64,000 nt of DNA from contig NC_057753.1 of NCBI RefSeq assembly GCF_004010195.1, positions 14,297,937-14,361,936 on the forward strand, read 5' to 3'. Source of the stretch: Chiloscyllium plagiosum (taxonomy: Eukaryota). The notes under the pieces were generated by a model, which was given only the letters and a program-made list of their open reading frames with translations, searched no databases and was not told where the DNA came from. Below are positions 40,726-50,750 of the stretch, piece by piece. Each line of letters opens with the position of its first letter. Within the stretch, counting starts at the first letter, position 1. The position numbers were made by a program, and so were the translations under genes.

Positions 40726-41198
40726 CAACTGCACAATAATATATCGCGCTGTCTGATATTCTCAATGTCTTGACAGTCAAAGCGAAGATGTTGTTTGATG
40801 AATCTTTGGAAGCAGTAACTCGTCCTGCCACCTCTGGATTATACTTATTGTTGCTTTCACTGTAGTAATATACAAGCCATTGCAGACCGTTCCCGCGGCG
40901 TTCAACGTACCAGAACATACTGTAGCTACTCAGATCGAACCCGCTGGTTGCACAGGTCAGTGTCAGAGATTGCCCAGGGATACCTGACTCTGCCTGTTGC
41001 TGAGTCAACGTTACCACCGACTCGGCACCTAGTAAAGAAAAATGACATTCATTAAACCAGTGTGACTTGGCGTTATGTACTTTTCCCCGGCGAGTGAATG
41101 AACAGAGGAAACGAAAATACTTAAAAGTTTGGAGAGAAGGGAATGGGGTACGCACTGCATAAGAACACAAGAATCAGAACCACAGATATCAGTGACAT
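40726..41198 (-). CDS. Intact Ig heavy-chain-like V gene segment (VH/TAILV-type), copy 2: leader 41156-41198, V exon 40726-41028
   Basis: Leader MSLISVVLILVFLC(S), GT/AG intact. V exon AESVVTLTQQQAESGIPGQSLTLTCATSGFDLSSYSMFWYVERRGNGLQWLVYYYSESNNKYNPEVAGRVTASKDSSNNIFALTVKTLRISDSAIYYCAV is open. Confidence 0.92.
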
Positions 41199-41294
41199 CC
41201 TCCTTCCTGAAGCTATGTTAAAGGAGATAGTCTGTCCTCCAGTCACGCATAGACACCGCAGTTTGGCAGATTGTAGGCTTCACAGCTTCCCTCA

Positions 41295-41378
41295 CTTGCA
41301 TTTATGAATATGCAGAACTGAGGGCGGGTTTGATGACACAGTCATTGGTCGCCTGATAGGGATGGCTGATGTAAATAA
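41295..41378 (-). promoter_or_regulatory. Putative promoter of Ig-like V copy 2
   Basis: Sense strand: ATTTACAT (41369-41376), CCAAT (41344-41348), TGTGTCATCA (41331-41340), CCCGCCC, TTCATAAA. Confidence 0.55.
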
Positions 41379-41819
41379 TACAAGTTTCTTCCCATCAGTA
41401 GGGGGCTCTGCAACATCAATGTCTCAGTGTCAACTCTGTGTGAAGAATTGAGCACACTATTTATCAAAAACAGAAAGGGATTCTGTCTCAACCCACACAT
41501 TGGGCCAATTTGGGGACTACAGATTGCCTCAGTATGAGGATAAATGTGCGAGTATGTAATGGGATTACAGAGGTGTTCCACACTGAGATGATAGAGTATT
41601 TCAACATGGGAATTATGAAGATGACCAGATAGGGGTTCACAGCGGCACTCTTTATTTGACTTACAGAGCTTGTCTGTGCTGGAATTTTAGATAGGGAAGT
41701 GTGAGCATGACAGGTTGTCAGAGTGGGGAGAGCATTCAATGTCTGGCTTACACAGTCATTAGCTTGGGAATGACAGAGTTGGTCAATGTGGGGATTTTCG
41801 AAGGAGTCAGTGTGGAGAT

Positions 41820-43295
41820 TTGATTTCTTGTCATATCCACCTCAGAACAGTCAAAACTGTTGTTTGTGAGCAGTACAGGCAAACATTGTAAGCAAGGGCA
41901 TTGAGAGCATACGATGAAAGAAAGGATTGAACAGCGTAAGGCACGCAGGTAACAAGGCATATGACATGCGCTAGTCAAGATCAGCGTGAACAAGATCAGC
42001 ATTTTTTGTATGTAGAGAGTCCATTCATCTGTCTAATAACGGCAGGGAAACAGCTGTTCTTGATCCTGCTGGTGTGTGTGTTCAAGCTTCTGTATCATCA
42101 GTCTGACGGTTGAGGTTGTAGGAGAGCGTCAACCGGGTGGATGCATCTTTGATGCTGTTGGCAGCTTTTCTGCGGCTACGAGATGTGTGCATGAAGTCCA
42201 TGGGTAGTCCATTGGCTTCCATGTTGGTCTTGTGATTTTTATGATCGTCTGCAAAGCAGTTATTGGGTCGGGCTGTTATGAAAACCAGATGGTATGGTTT
42301 GTACGGTGCATCTGCAAAAGTTGGTGAGAGTCTTTATGGAGACGCCAGATTTCCTGACCTGCCTGAGTAAGAAGAGCCTTTGTTGTTGTGTTTTCTCAAA
42401 GGTCGCATTCTACGTGACAAGTCCAGGATACGTTGTCGGTTATCATCATCCTAGGAACGTGACACTCTCTACTCTCTCTACCTCCTCTCCATTGATGTAA
42501 ATAGGGGCGTGTTCTCCTCCTTTCCTCCTGAAGTTAAGGATCATTTCTTAGGCTTCGCGGAGATTGGGACATAGGTTATTATCAATTCAACATGTTACCA
42601 AACTATCTTACCCCTTTCTGAAATCAGACTGTGGTTGTTTGGTATCTGTCCTACCGTAGAGTCGACAGCAAACCTGTCAGTGACGTTTGTTCAGAATTTG
42701 GCTGCACAGTCGTGTGTGTACAGGGATTACATTAGGAGGCAGAAAATGCATCCTTCGGGTGGAGGGGTTCCAGTGTTGAGCATCATCCTGGAGGTGGTGT
42801 AGTTGTCTATCTTCACGAATTCTGTTCTGTGGGCCAGCTAAGCGTCCAGTTGCAGTGTGTGTAGCTAAGACCTGAGTCGAGGAGTGTTGAGGGTCTGGGG
42901 GGGAGAATGATGTTGAAGATGGAACTGTAATAAAGAAGCAGGAGTCTAATGTCGATGTCCTTGATGTCCAAGTTTCTCAGGGATGAGTGCAGAGCTATGA
43001 AAATGGCGTTCGCTGTAGACCTTTACATCAGTAGGTAAATTACGGGGGATCAAGGCAGGTTTGGAGACTGGAGTTGATGTGGGCCATGACCAGCCTCTCG
43101 AAGCACTTCATGAATGTGGAGGGTTGAGTCACTGGGTGGCAGTCATTAAAGCAATTGCATGGGCTTTCTTAGGTACTGGGATGATGGTAGTCTGCTTGAA
43201 GCAGTTGGGACTTTAACTTATAAGAGGGAGAGCTTGAAGATGTCACTGAATATCTCTACATACTAGTCCGCACAAGATTAAGTCCATGGCGGGGG
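41820..43295 (-). mobile_element. Rex1/Babar-like LINE, degenerate
   Basis: Homologous to 54670-56345. Its 3' tail alone also survives at ~14685-14900, 22290-22505, 29080-29300 and 46025-46243. Confidence 0.7.
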
Positions 43296-43314
43296 AATCA
43301 GACTGTTTGCTTTC

Positions 43315-43640
43315 TTTGGGTTGAGTCGCAGAATGACTGTTCTGCTGTCAGCAGCAGTGACAGAGGGAGCAGATGTGTCTGTGGCTGTCGGAGCAGGTGA
43401 CACCACGACGCTGGTATTCTGCTTGTACTGAGGATAGTAAGCAGTGAGTGCATCACCAGAGATGTGTTTTTTTCTGCTAACTGGTTCTGCTTCATTTTGT
43501 ATCCCGTTACATTGATTAGGGCTGCCACAGGTATTAGGATTCCTCTAACTGTGTCTGGTATTGTCTTTTGGCATCTGCTATGGTTTTGCCGAGAGCACAC
43601 CTCACAGACTACAGAGTTCATTGGTGGGGCATTACTGAGT
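43315..43640 (+). pseudogene. Possible very degenerate TCR alpha-type V relic (family E); 5' part repeated at ~56350-56440
   Basis: AVTEGADVSV(GC)...RWY...IPLTVSG...SAM.FC followed by CACAGAC; requires frameshifts. Confidence 0.3.
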
Positions 43641-44875
43641 TGGTCAGTGTGGAGATTGTGGAGTTAGTTGGTATGCGATTACTGAGGTAGACAGTGTGGG
43701 AATTCGCTTTGCTTGAATGCCTTGGGTTCTGAAACGTGCTTTCCAGATCTCCCAAGCCAGTATCCAGGAGAGACTTTTTTTAGCAGGTGTTTTCACACAA
43801 CGTGTGTTTCTGGATCAGCATTGGTATGTACGCACTCAACAGATTTCATAACGTAAATGAGGTTTGTCCTGAAAACAGACGACAGTTTAGATTCTCGTCA
43901 ACTTCCACTGTCTCACTCATGCTGTTAAACATCATTCATTTCTTAATTTATTCGTAACGATTAACAGGTCACCGATACATCTTGATGTATGTACTCTGTG
44001 TCCAGCCATTTCCAGGAAAACACCACTAACGTGACCCAAAATCAAATGAGGTTATTCAAGGGCATGATATCGGAAGAGAAATGAGGGAAAGTAAGCATGT
44101 TTTGTGTTTATGACCGTCAGAATCATTCTTCCAACTGCAGGTGGGGTGAATTGGCATGGAGGCATTCTGGTAGCTCCCATACTTTTGAGTCAGGAGACAC
44201 AACATGCTATAAAGGTTTTAAATGAAGACTTGGCAGTGCAGAGGCTGAGATTTTGCTACTTCCCAATGGGGATGTGTCTGTATCAAAGGTACAATCTCTG
44301 AATATGAGCCCACATACTTCAGAAGCAGATCAGGAGGAATATCTTTTCTCAGACGGCAAAGAAAGTCTGTGGAATTATTTACCACAGATGCCGAGTTGCA
44401 ATGTGTAATCAAGCCTGCAATACACATGTTTTCATGAGGAAGAGAATCAAGTCTTCTGAAAAAATAGGCAGAAATGTGGAGTTCAAAATTATCAGATTAG
44501 ATGAGATGTCTTCAAAATTTGGAACCATTTCGATGGACTGACGGGTCTATTTCTTCTTCCATGGCTGACGTTCTGATGGCCTTATGACTGCGGCCAAAAG
44601 GCAATGTCGGCTCATGTATACGCCTTTTATGCAATCAGTTGTTAATATCTGGCATACATGAGCACATTACTGCTCGAAAGGGAAATAAAGCCATGTTCTG
44701 TGAATGCAGGAGTGGGCAGGGCATTCTTGAGCAGTAACAGAATTTGTCATCAGAAATATGAAGGGTAAAATTGTCCCCTTTGTCATTTTAAAGTGTTCTG
44801 AATCGATTTTCTGAAGTCAATGATAGATTTATTCGTGCTTTGAGAATCAACAGAAATACTTCATTTCCTCTCGTG

Positions 44876-45405
44876 GGTTTTTGCACAGGTATGGATTTGA
44901 TCTCTTTCATTGTGCCACTGCACAATAATATATCGCACTGTCTGATATTCTCAATGTCTTAATAGTCAAGGTGAAGATGTTGTTTGGTAAATCTTTGGAA
45001 GCAGTAACTCGTCCTCTAACCTAGGGATTATACTTGTTGTGGTTTTCACTGTAGTAATAAACAAGCCATTGTAGACAATTCCCGAAGTGTTCAATGTACC
45101 AGAACAGACCGTAACTACGCAGATAGAACCCGCTGGTTGCACAGGTCAGTCTCAGAGCTTGCCCAGGGATACCTGACTCTGCCTCTGGCTGTGTCAACAT
45201 CACCTCTGACTCGACACCCAGAAAATCAAAATGGCATTCATTAAAATGGCATTTATTGAACCAGTGTGACTCGGAGTTGTGTACTTTTCTCTGGCGAGTG
45301 AATTAACAGAGAAAACGAAAATGATTAAAATTTTGAAGAAAATGGGATTTGGAACTATGCACTGGCGAAGAAAGCAAGAAACAGAACCATAGATATCAGC
45401 GACAT
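44876..45405 (-). pseudogene. Ig-like V pseudogene, copy 3: leader 45363-45405, V exon 44915-45217, RSS 44876-44914
   Basis: Full-length 303-nt exon, but in-frame TAG at 45021-45023 (GAG in copies 2 and 4) and splice acceptor changed CTAG>CTGG. RSS is CACAATG-23-GCAAAAACC. Confidence 0.9.
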
Positions 45406-45504
45406 CGTCCTTGTTGATGCTGCGTTAAAGGAGATAGTCTGTACTCCAGTCACACATAGACAACGCAGTTTGGTGGATTGTTGGATTCTGATCTTACGTC
45501 ACGA

Positions 45505-45583
45505 GTATTTATGAATTGGCAGAAGGGAGGGCGGGTTTTATAACACAGTTATTGGCCGCCTGATTTCGACGTCTGATGCAAAT
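45505..45583 (-). promoter_or_regulatory. Putative promoter of Ig-like V copy 3 with a perfect octamer
   Basis: ATGCAAAT on + strand at 45576-45583 (ATTTGCAT in gene sense), plus CCAAT, GC box and TTCATAAA. Confidence 0.55.
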
Positions 45584-46242
45584 TATACAAGGTTCTTTCT
45601 ATCAGTCGGAGGCCTTGCATATCACCGCCTCATTGTCACCGCTGTGTAAAGAACTGAGCTCACTATTTGCCAAAAACAAAAACGATTCCATTTCAACGCA
45701 CACATCGGGTCTGTTTGGGGACTACAGATTTTCTTAGTATGAGGACAAATCAGCAAATATCTATAGAGATTACAGAGGTGTTCCAAGCTGAGATGACAGA
45801 GTATATCAACATGGGAATCACGAAGATGGTCAATTAGGAGTTCACAGCAGCACTCTTTATTTGAACTACAGAGCTGGTCTGTTTGGAAATTTTAGAATGG
45901 GACAGCTTGGGAATGACAAATATTCACAGTATAGAGAGATATTCAGAGTCTGGATTGCAGTCATTAGTGTGGGAATGTTAGAGTTGTTCAACGTGGGGAT
46001 TTTAGACAGAGTCAGCGTGGAGAAAAGATTTCATTTGAGTTGATTTATCCTCATACTTACCTAAGTGACGTGAAAACCTTTGCGAGCAGTAAAGACAGAC
46101 GTTGTAGGCAAGAGCATGCAGAGCGTATGGTGGAAAATTTCTTCAACAGAGGAAGGCATAGAGGTTACCCCGCATGTCACATGCGCTAGTCAACATCAAC
46201 ATTAACAAAATCAGCATTATTTGAATATAGAGACTCCATTCA

Positions 46243-46447
46243 CTTCTGGCAAATGCAGCACTGTCACTGAAGCCACCCCCAACGCAGATGAGAACACCGT
46301 GATGGCCAAGTGAGAGAGGTAGACAATGCCAGGATAAGCGGGCACTCATATCCGTGGTATAGAAACAGGTAAGGCTTTCAGTCTCGCCAGTGCTAGCGGT
46401 CATCTCACCCTCCAGCTGATGATGGAGCGATTCAAACAGGCTGGTTG
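46243..46447 (-). pseudogene. 5' half of family-B V
   Basis: ORF ESLHHQLEGEMTASTGETESLTCFYTTDMSARLSWHCL...GGGFSDSAAFAR, then runs into the LINE tail. Confidence 0.72.
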
Positions 46448-48288
46448 AAGGAAATGGATAATAAGGCATTTTGTTTGGAAGAGCTTAATAAAACTGACGC
46501 TATTCACGTAATAGAAAGGAGAGGCGGAGAGAATGAGCTTATTGTTTAAATATCAATAACTTTATATTGTTTAGAAGTTGACTGTAGAATTATTCGTTAT
46601 GATCATTCAAACGCATGAAGAGGTTACACCTGAAGGTCAGTGGGCACTTAAGTGCATCCTCTGCTACTGAATAATATCTGATTGTAACCTCAAATCTACA
46701 TCACTGCACGTTCCTTACAACCTTTCATCCTCTTGGTTATCGAAAAACTATTTAACTCTGCTTTCAAAATATTTTAAGATTCAGCATCGAATGCCTCTTC
46801 AGAAAAGTCACTAAAAATACTCACAACCCTCTGAACATAAAAAAAGTTTCCTTCTGTCTGAGTGTAATGGGTTCTCCCTTGCTCTTAACCTCTGAACAGG
46901 ATCTTATATATCTCGTCACATTCACGTCTGACTCTTCTATCCTTCAGAGGATATATACTAAAGGCTGTCTAGACTTTCTATGTCTATCTCAGCTTTGAAC
47001 TGACAGCACAGCCACAGTGACAAATAATTCCACCGTTTCATTTTCGTCTGATGAAGACATGTCTCCTCAAATCTATTTTAAATGAGTCTGGCCTTATTCT
47101 GCGTTTGTGTTCAACTCCCAGACTCACCCAAAGGGGGAAGCAACATTTCCGCATTTACAATGTTAATTTCTCATTTCACCTCTCTAGACCACGTTGGACT
47201 TGAAGGTGGGCCACTTTAATAAAAGGGAGGGATTCAATCAGAGCGCCCCAACATGCCTCCACGTAGCTGATGCCTAGACTGAAGAGTTATTCTCATGAGA
47301 AGCGCAAAGAATGTTTAATCACATTCATTTCTGGATCCCAATATTGAATTGCTTAATGCAATTTTCTGTTGATTTCCTGGTGTTCTATTGTGAATGATTC
47401 CATACTCAGAGTCGAGAGTTGGAGGCCAATGGCTGATCTGTTATTTGCTTTGAACAAGTAGAGGAACTAAGCATATTTTCCAGCTTTACGGAGACAGTTA
47501 AAGAGACAGCTAAATTGAGGGGAATGAAACTTTGATTACGTTTTCAGGGTTAGGCTCACTACATTGTGAGATCTACCCATTGCATGTGAGTCAATCTTAA
47601 CCCACAAACGCAGACTTCACAAACCCACCCTCTTGACAAAGTGTGGACAGCATTTCCGGTACACTTACATAGGAGAAGGGACGAGCGATATTCAGAATAA
47701 CAGGCAACTGAACAAAGAAAACCAAAGTACAAAATAAACATTAAAGCATCAAAAATGAATATTGTGAATGTCAGATGGTTATGCGAGTTGAGGAAAACAA
47801 ATACTGCACACTTTCCTTGTGTGTGCCTATTATCGATTTGAATGGTGCTGTGTACTGCCGCATTCCCTCTGATTGTATCCCTCTTTTGTTTCGCCTTTCT
47901 CTTGTGCAGTAATGGAGAATGAGCAGGAATGGGTGCAGTTGTATCACGTCAAACTGAAGGGACTGAATAAGAGAAAGAGGCTGGGTTTTTATTAGTACAT
48001 TCACTGCCATCTTTCAATCATTTTTTTTGTCCCATAGCGACAGACAGCCGCTTCTGAACTTAGATTAGACACCTGAGGCAACGCTCTAGATGAAGGTTTC
48101 CAATATTTTGTAATTTTTTCCATTAGGCCACCGAAAGGGGAGAACAATACACAGCAGAAAGTGTACGCAAGCATTGAAACACAATCGTAGAGACCAAACC
48201 ACCAATATGTACAACTAAAGATTCAATGTTTCTAGGGAGCGGGATGCTTGTATCGTGGACTTCTCCCATCATTTCTTCCATGTTGCAG

Positions 48289-48586
48289 AGTTTATGGCCA
48301 AAGAGCAGATCAATTGTCTTCTCTGGCAGTGGTGGCTGTGGAAGGCATCTCGGTGACAATGACTGCAGAACCACACTTTCATCAGCTTCTTGCATACAGG
48401 CCGTTGTCACGATGAAGGGGAGCCAAAAGATCTCAGCATCGCCTATGGCAAGGAGGAATCGGGCTACTCTTCACTGCAAGCAAAAACCCAGCCTTTTTAC
48501 TGTCAGAGAAATCAGAAGAACAGATGCCGCCATCTACCTCTGAGCTGTGTCATGTTGCAACTCAGTTGGCAGCCAATCCAAAAACT
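48289..48586 (+). pseudogene. Family-C V pseudogene (leader region deleted)
   Basis: KQKPSLFTVREIRRTDAAIYL*AV, then 23-bp spacer + CCAAAAACT. About 1 kb upstream is deleted at ~48225. Confidence 0.62.
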
Positions 48587-49942
48587 CCCGCTGAACAGGA
48601 GCGAAATAGATTGCCTCACATCTCAACACCAACAACTGTACAATGGAGAAACGATCACTGAGAGAAAGTGAATTTTGTGGAGCTTCCATGTTCAATGTGT
48701 AAATATTCCTTTCTTCATAATCGGTGAGAATCTAGACCGTATCCATTTTCTAAACAGCATGTTCAGTGATTTCTTAAGATTCTTTTAGAATTGGTGAATC
48801 TGGATCCTGAATCTATTTGAACCGGATGTAGGGACATTGACATTGCATATCAGTAACCCCGAAGAATTTCAAGTGTATTCCACCCGGATTGATTCCATTC
48901 AGGATAACGAGGATAATCAATGTTAATTACACCTCTACATTTATCCCCTCTTACCAGGAGTACAACACCGAAATAAGCAACAACCCACCTCCATTAGCAG
49001 AACAGAGCAGAAAACGAAACTAGTACACTCCCGCTCACACTTTGAACAAAAGCAAAGATCGGAAATCACTCAGACAACATCTTAGTAAAACCCAGAGAAC
49101 ACCAGTGGGATCAATAATGAGTGCTATCAAACGAAAATACAGCCGCAAAGAACACTCCTTCAATTCACATTTCAGGAACCGCCAAGCCATTGTTCTTTAT
49201 TCATTACGCCACCACCAATTAAAGTAATGTTGTCATTATACCGAGAGAACCTAAGTGAAGGACAGAATGAAGGTGAAACTCAGACGAACGATAGTGAGAG
49301 CCCAACCGAGGGGGCGAAACGATAATGGACGGGTGAGATTGAGATGAAATACTGCGTGGGAGTAGTAACTGTTACAATGAATCTCCACATATTCACGCAT
49401 ATGCCATCCCACGCATTCACACACCCACGCACTCAGATGCAAGCACATTCATACATAAACAGAGCCCAGTGCAATGCTGTGCTCTAAACAGATAAACACA
49501 GTTATATGCGATCAGATCGATGACAAAAGGATTAATTCAGCATTTCCTCAATGCACTCGAATCACCAACTTCAGTGAAACCCATTTAAACCCTGCCCATT
49601 TGTAAACTACTATCGTATTTCTGGACGCTCCCACCTCATTCCTTTGTGATTAAGGTGTGGATGTGAATGTCAGAGAAGGAGAGCACACTGTCTACAACTC
49701 ACAGATTGTTGAGGATGTCGATTAGAATGAATGCATTCACATCTGATTTTGTTCTGTGTCTGTGTGCGAGCTGGGACCCTGCGGTCTATTTACTGAGCAG
49801 CTCCAGAAAACCGTTGGTTGTCAGTTTGATGCGAGGTTTGTTTGGTTTCCTCTTAGTGTGATGTTAAGCTCCTGAAAGACATAGTAACTTCACAAGACTC
49901 TGCAAAGACCTCAAAATGACGATCAATCTGTGATACAAAGCC

Positions 49943-50416
49943 AATTTGTGTACATGGGACAGACTGTTATTGTGGATGTGAGGTTCCTGAAAGCGTAGAA
50001 ATACACGGAACCGTCAGTTAGCTGTAGTCGGTTGATCGCCAAACTGGTGAATTACTTTGAGGTCTGAAGTTCTGTGGAAATTCGATCTTCTGCAAAATCT
50101 GCTTCATTCTCGCCTCCTTCAGAAAATACTCAGCATACACTCAGTCTGTACTAGCATATTGAATAACAGATTTCTGTAGTATCACAACTACAACTTAGAG
50201 TTACTGCCCCGCCTTCTGTTCGAGCATCTGATGATTGTAACTGAGTGATTGAATCTCCATGACTCAGGTCTGAAATTAAAAATAGATATTCATTTTTAAA
50301 ATGTCAGGCTAGCATCAACTAAAATTATGATCTGATAAAGGAATTTGAATTGTATTTCTTCCATATTTTCCTGTCAGAATTGATCCTCACACAACCCAGA
50401 TGCTGAGTAGCTACAT
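49943..50416 (-). pseudogene. TCR delta-type V pseudogene
   Basis: Paralog of 33933-34426. Leader starts ATG TAG, deletion around Trp41, heptamer degraded to CACATCC. Confidence 0.82.
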
Positions 50417-50436
50417 GTTTTCTGTCCCTGGTATTG

Positions 50437-50750
50437 CAGCATGGTGACACAGTGGCACAGTGGTTAGCACTGTTGCCTCACAGTGCCAGAGACAGTTCAA
50501 TTCCCGCGTCAGGCGACTGACTGTGTGGAGTTTGCACATTCTCCCCGTGTCTGTGTGGGTTTCCTCCGGGTGCTCCGGTTTCCTCCCACAGTCACAAAGA
50601 TGTGCAGGTTAGGTGAATTGGCCATGCTAAATTGCCCCTAGTGTTAGGTATAGGGGTAAATGTAGGGGTATGGGTGGGTTGCGCTTCGGCGGGTCGGTGT
50701 GGACTTGTTGGGCCGAAGGGCCTGTTTCCCCACTGTAATGTAATCTAATC
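50437..50750 (+). mobile_element. tRNA-derived SINE (HE1-type), near full length
   Basis: GTGGTTAGCACTGTTGCCTCACAGTGCC...GTTCAATTCC...GGGCCGAAGGGCCTGTTTCC; inserted in the Vdelta promoter and absent from paralogs. Confidence 0.85.

Noticed and set aside
40726-41028. Assignment as IgNAR/NAR-TCR V or as a canonical IgM cluster
   Set aside because: Full-length CDR2 and VH-type motifs exclude a NAR V. No adjacent D-D-J and no leaderless supporting Vdelta were seen.
50445-50490. Multiple CACAGTG heptamers
   Set aside because: They are part of the SINE head and have no nonamer at 12 or 23 bp.
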